64,000 bases of DNA from a virus, in IMG/VR virus record IMGVR_UViG_3300004481_000389, one strand, 5' to 3'. The translations under genes were made by a program, and so were the position numbers. Under the pieces are notes generated by a model, which worked only from the letters and a program-made list of their open reading frames with translations, did no database searches and had not been told where the DNA came from. This document shows positions 62,037 through 64,000 of the stretch, one piece after another. The first letter of the stretch is position 1, and every line of letters begins with the position of its first letter.

Positions 62037-62069
62037 AAAAAAAGCGCAAAACTAAAAAAGGTTTGCGCT
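62037..62069 (-). terminator. Rho-independent terminator (minus strand) after the HU gene
   Basis: On the minus strand, AGCGCAAA...TTTGCGCT followed by T7. Confidence 0.6.
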
Positions 62070-62093
62070 TTTAATTCTGAAAGCCGCTTATCA

Positions 62094-62387
62094 CTAAGGG
62101 TTTAGAATATCTTTCATGCCTTTGCTCATTTTGAAGCTAACAGTGTTTTTAGCGTGAATCACGGCTGGTTCGCCCGTTTTAGGGTTGCGGCCCATACGTT
62201 CATTTTTACGTTTTGGCGTGAAGATACCAAAGCCAACCAGGGTTACAGTTTCACCTTCCGCTAGGCCTTCGGTGATCGCCTGTAAAGATGCTTCAAATAC
62301 AGCACTGGCTTGGGCTTGGGTAACGTTCGCTTTTTTTGCAACGATTTGGATGATTTCAGCCTTTTTCATAGTTCGCTTCGCTTTCAA
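62094..62387 (-). CDS. hup: HU/IHF-family DNA-binding protein
   Basis: VTLVGFGIFTPKRKNERMGRNPKTGEPAVIHAKNTVSFK is the classic HU arm motif. Confidence 0.85.
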   Translation of the reverse strand: MKAKRTMKKAEIIQIVAKKANVTQAQASAVFEASLQAITEGLAEGETVTLVGFGIFTPKRKNERMGRNPKTGEPAVIHAKNTVSFKMSKGMKDILNP

Positions 62388-62687
62388 TTAAGTAGATTGC
62401 TGTTGCTCGGCATTGGCTTTCATCTGGCTTATGTGATTCATAAAGACAGCGAAGGCCTCAGCGCCTTGTAACATATAGCGATACTGTAATCGTAGCTCAT
62501 GGCTCTCAGTCTGCAATTTTCCATTATTGATAGTGTAGTGGGGGATTTGTTCGCCACGTGCATCATATTTTTGGATTAGCAGACCAACCAGGTAGTATTT
62601 AAATTCTTCCTGGGTGCGTGGTCGGGAAAGGTATTCTGCAAACTTACTCATAATTGGCTCAAAAAAAGGTAGGCCCATCGTGATCAA
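62388..62687 (-). CDS. hypothetical protein
   Basis: 99-aa ORF abutting the HU gene. Confidence 0.5.
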   Translation of the reverse strand: MITMGLPFFEPIMSKFAEYLSRPRTQEEFKYYLVGLLIQKYDARGEQIPHYTINNGKLQTESHELRLQYRYMLQGAEAFAVFMNHISQMKANAEQQQST

Positions 62688-62699
62688 TGGGCCTGGGTG

Positions 62700-64000
62700 T
62701 TACGCCGTTAATTCAGCATGAAGGGTATTCAAATAAGCGGCCATGTCTTTAATCATTTGAGCTGCTTCATCTTGGGTATATGAATCTTTTACGATATGCC
62801 CTAGATGCGTGGCCAGCTGACCATGATTAAAACGTAGCTGATTATCTAAATCCGCTGCTGCAATCAGTGATTCAGCATTATCGGACCCTTTCTGCTTGGC
62901 TTTTGCGTCCTTTTCCTTTTGCTTTTTGGCCTGTGCAATCATCCGTTCAGCTTCCAGGCGGGCAGCTTCACTTACTTGAGATTCCTCAGCGGCGGCCTGT
63001 GCCTTTTCGGCCTGTTGCTGGTTATAGCAATCGATCCGGTATTTCACCGCTTCAACCAGATATTCGCCTGTGTTCTGCTCAGCAAGTTTTTCCTTGTCAC
63101 TGAATAGGAACTCATAGCCTTTAGCATTCTTATCAATAAACGCAATACCTGTGTCGATCTGCTCAATTAGCACATCAATGGCACCCTTAGCGCGTGATAC
63201 CTCCATGAAAATAGCCTCATTCATAGATGAAAGGCTTTTTTTGCCTTTGATGGCATTTTCCAGGGAGTAAGTCACATTGACTTGATACTTTTGTTCACTC
63301 AAGTACGCTGCAATGGTCGCTTGAGCCTCATGGATCGCATTTTGTTTAATTTGATCCTTTTGGCTTTTTACCAGCTTTTCAAGGACCAATCGCTTAGAGC
63401 GTAGCTTGTCCTGGATCTCGTCAATTGCCGTCAATACTGCATTAATATCGGTCGATTGAGACAGTACATTCGCCTTAACATCGGTTAATGATGTTTCTGA
63501 ACTCTTGCACCATTTCACGGCCTTTTCAGCATCGGCAAAGTCTTGATCAGTCACCAGCTCAGTGCTGATGCCTTCAATAATGGCTACCGCATTTTCAGTA
63601 TAAAGATCTAAGTTGCTGGCCAACACTGTGCCTTGCACTTGGATCGATAGCTGCATGAGCTGATCAATCGATTTGCCCTGAACTTTCTCCTGGCCAACGA
63701 TATGAGTTTTTAGATCCTCGTTGAATTTATCCCAACCGGATAACAGCTGTTTACGCTTAACCGGGTCGGATTCATACCAGCAATGCACCATTTTTTCAGG
63801 GGTCCCGTCTGATACCACAAACAGGATTTTTTCAGCACCGGAGACATAGAGTTGCTGCTCTAGTTGCCACACATGGGATTCAGGAACTTGATTATTTCTG
63901 ACACATTCAGCCAGTTTCTCATTCCATATCTTGTGTTCAAAGCCCACATCACCCATGAGGGTGATGCCATCGAATGATGCAAGGAGATTGTCACGGCTGG
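62700..64000 (-). CDS. YqaJ/lambda-Exo-type recombination exonuclease fused to a long coiled-coil C-terminal region; 5' end lies outside the window
   Basis: The frame stays open upstream of the track ATG to the window edge (...SRDNLLASFDGITLMGDVGFEHK). ASFDG, EHK and WQLEQQLYVSG fit PD-(D/E)XK YqaJ motifs. About 330 helical residues follow. Confidence 0.6.
   Translation of the reverse strand, partial: SRDNLLASFDGITLMGDVGFEHKIWNEKLAECVRNNQVPESHVWQLEQQLYVSGAEKILFVVSDGTPEKMVHCWYESDPVKRKQLLSGWDKFNEDLKTHIVGQEKVQGKSIDQLMQLSIQVQGTVLASNLDLYTENAVAIIEGISTELVTDQDFADAEKAVKWCKSSETSLTDVKANVLSQSTDINAVLTAIDEIQDKLRSKRLVLEKLVKSQKDQIKQNAIHEAQATIAAYLSEQKYQVNVTYSLENAIKGKKSLSSMNEAIFMEVSRAKGAIDVLIEQIDTGIAFIDKNAKGYEFLFSDKEKLAEQNTGEYLVEAVKYRIDCYNQQQAEKAQAAAEESQVSEAARLEAERMIAQAKKQKEKDAKAKQKGSDNAESLIAAADLDNQLRFNHGQLATHLGHIVKDSYTQDEAAQMIKDMAAYLNTLHAELTA

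Larger units (their letters stand above)
1..64000. mobile_element. Contractile-tailed phage genome segment that also carries a plasmid replicon and partition locus (phage-plasmid-like element)
   Basis: Terminase, sheath, baseplate spike, tape measure, tail fibre, endolysin and spanins are present. So are a Rep_3-type initiator with iterons, ParA and a tyrosine integrase. No obvious host housekeeping genes. Confidence 0.75.

Noticed and set aside
1-64000. Known stand-alone defence systems (R-M endonuclease, Cas, reverse transcriptase/retron/DGR, CBASS-like cyclase, toxin-antitoxin pairs)
   Set aside because: I recognised no endonuclease partner for the methyltransferase, no RT motif (YxDD), no cas-like genes and no obvious toxin folds. 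Absence by eye is not proof.

Overview
The window is essentially one mobile genome: a contractile-tailed phage that also carries a plasmid maintenance kit, so it is a phage-plasmid-like element. Its morphogenesis genes are scattered as in phage P1. The host is probably a gammaproteobacterium; the Rep_3/iteron design suggests Moraxellaceae or Acinetobacter, but that call is low confidence. No clearly chromosomal genes are visible.

Layout:
- 0.1-4.1 kb: small early or accessory genes.
- 4.1-5.0 kb: tRNA-Arg(UCU) inside about 0.9 kb of unusually GC-rich non-coding DNA.
- 5.0-7.8 kb: orphan DNA methyltransferase and large terminase.
- 8.0-10.8 kb: leftward accessory operon of unknown function.
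- 11.9-13.4 kb: Rep_3-type initiator with an iteron oriV.
- 15.2-16.2 kb: ParA plus a small RHH protein.
- 16.5-27.7 kb: head and sheath genes.
- 27.9-29.8 kb: lysis cassette (holin-like proteins, GH108 endolysin, overlapping spanins).
- 29.8-32.2 kb: tube and baseplate-spike genes.
- 32.3-46.6 kb: cargo block of very large proteins. It comprises a pyrophosphatase-signature protein, a 974-aa protein, a 662-aa HExxH zincin and a 2242-aa DarB-like methyltransferase-helicase.
- 46.6-58.9 kb: portal-like gene, tape measure, baseplate, a 1229-aa repeat-rich tail fibre and its chaperone.
- 59.1-60.3 kb: P4-type tyrosine integrase.
- 60.4-64.0 kb: leftward early module (secreted moron, SSB, HU, YqaJ-type exonuclease).

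Most interesting observations:
1. The cargo block, mostly bounded by terminators, looks like a Dar-like virion-delivered anti-restriction system with a new composition.
2. Arrays of an 8-bp-periodic TGCA motif lie around the par locus, at oriV and at the promoters of packaging and head operons.
3. A GTGATA-N-TATCAC palindrome marks four accessory promoters.
4. Replicon, partition locus and integrase coexist in one element.

All functional calls come from motif reading by eye. No database search or computation was run.
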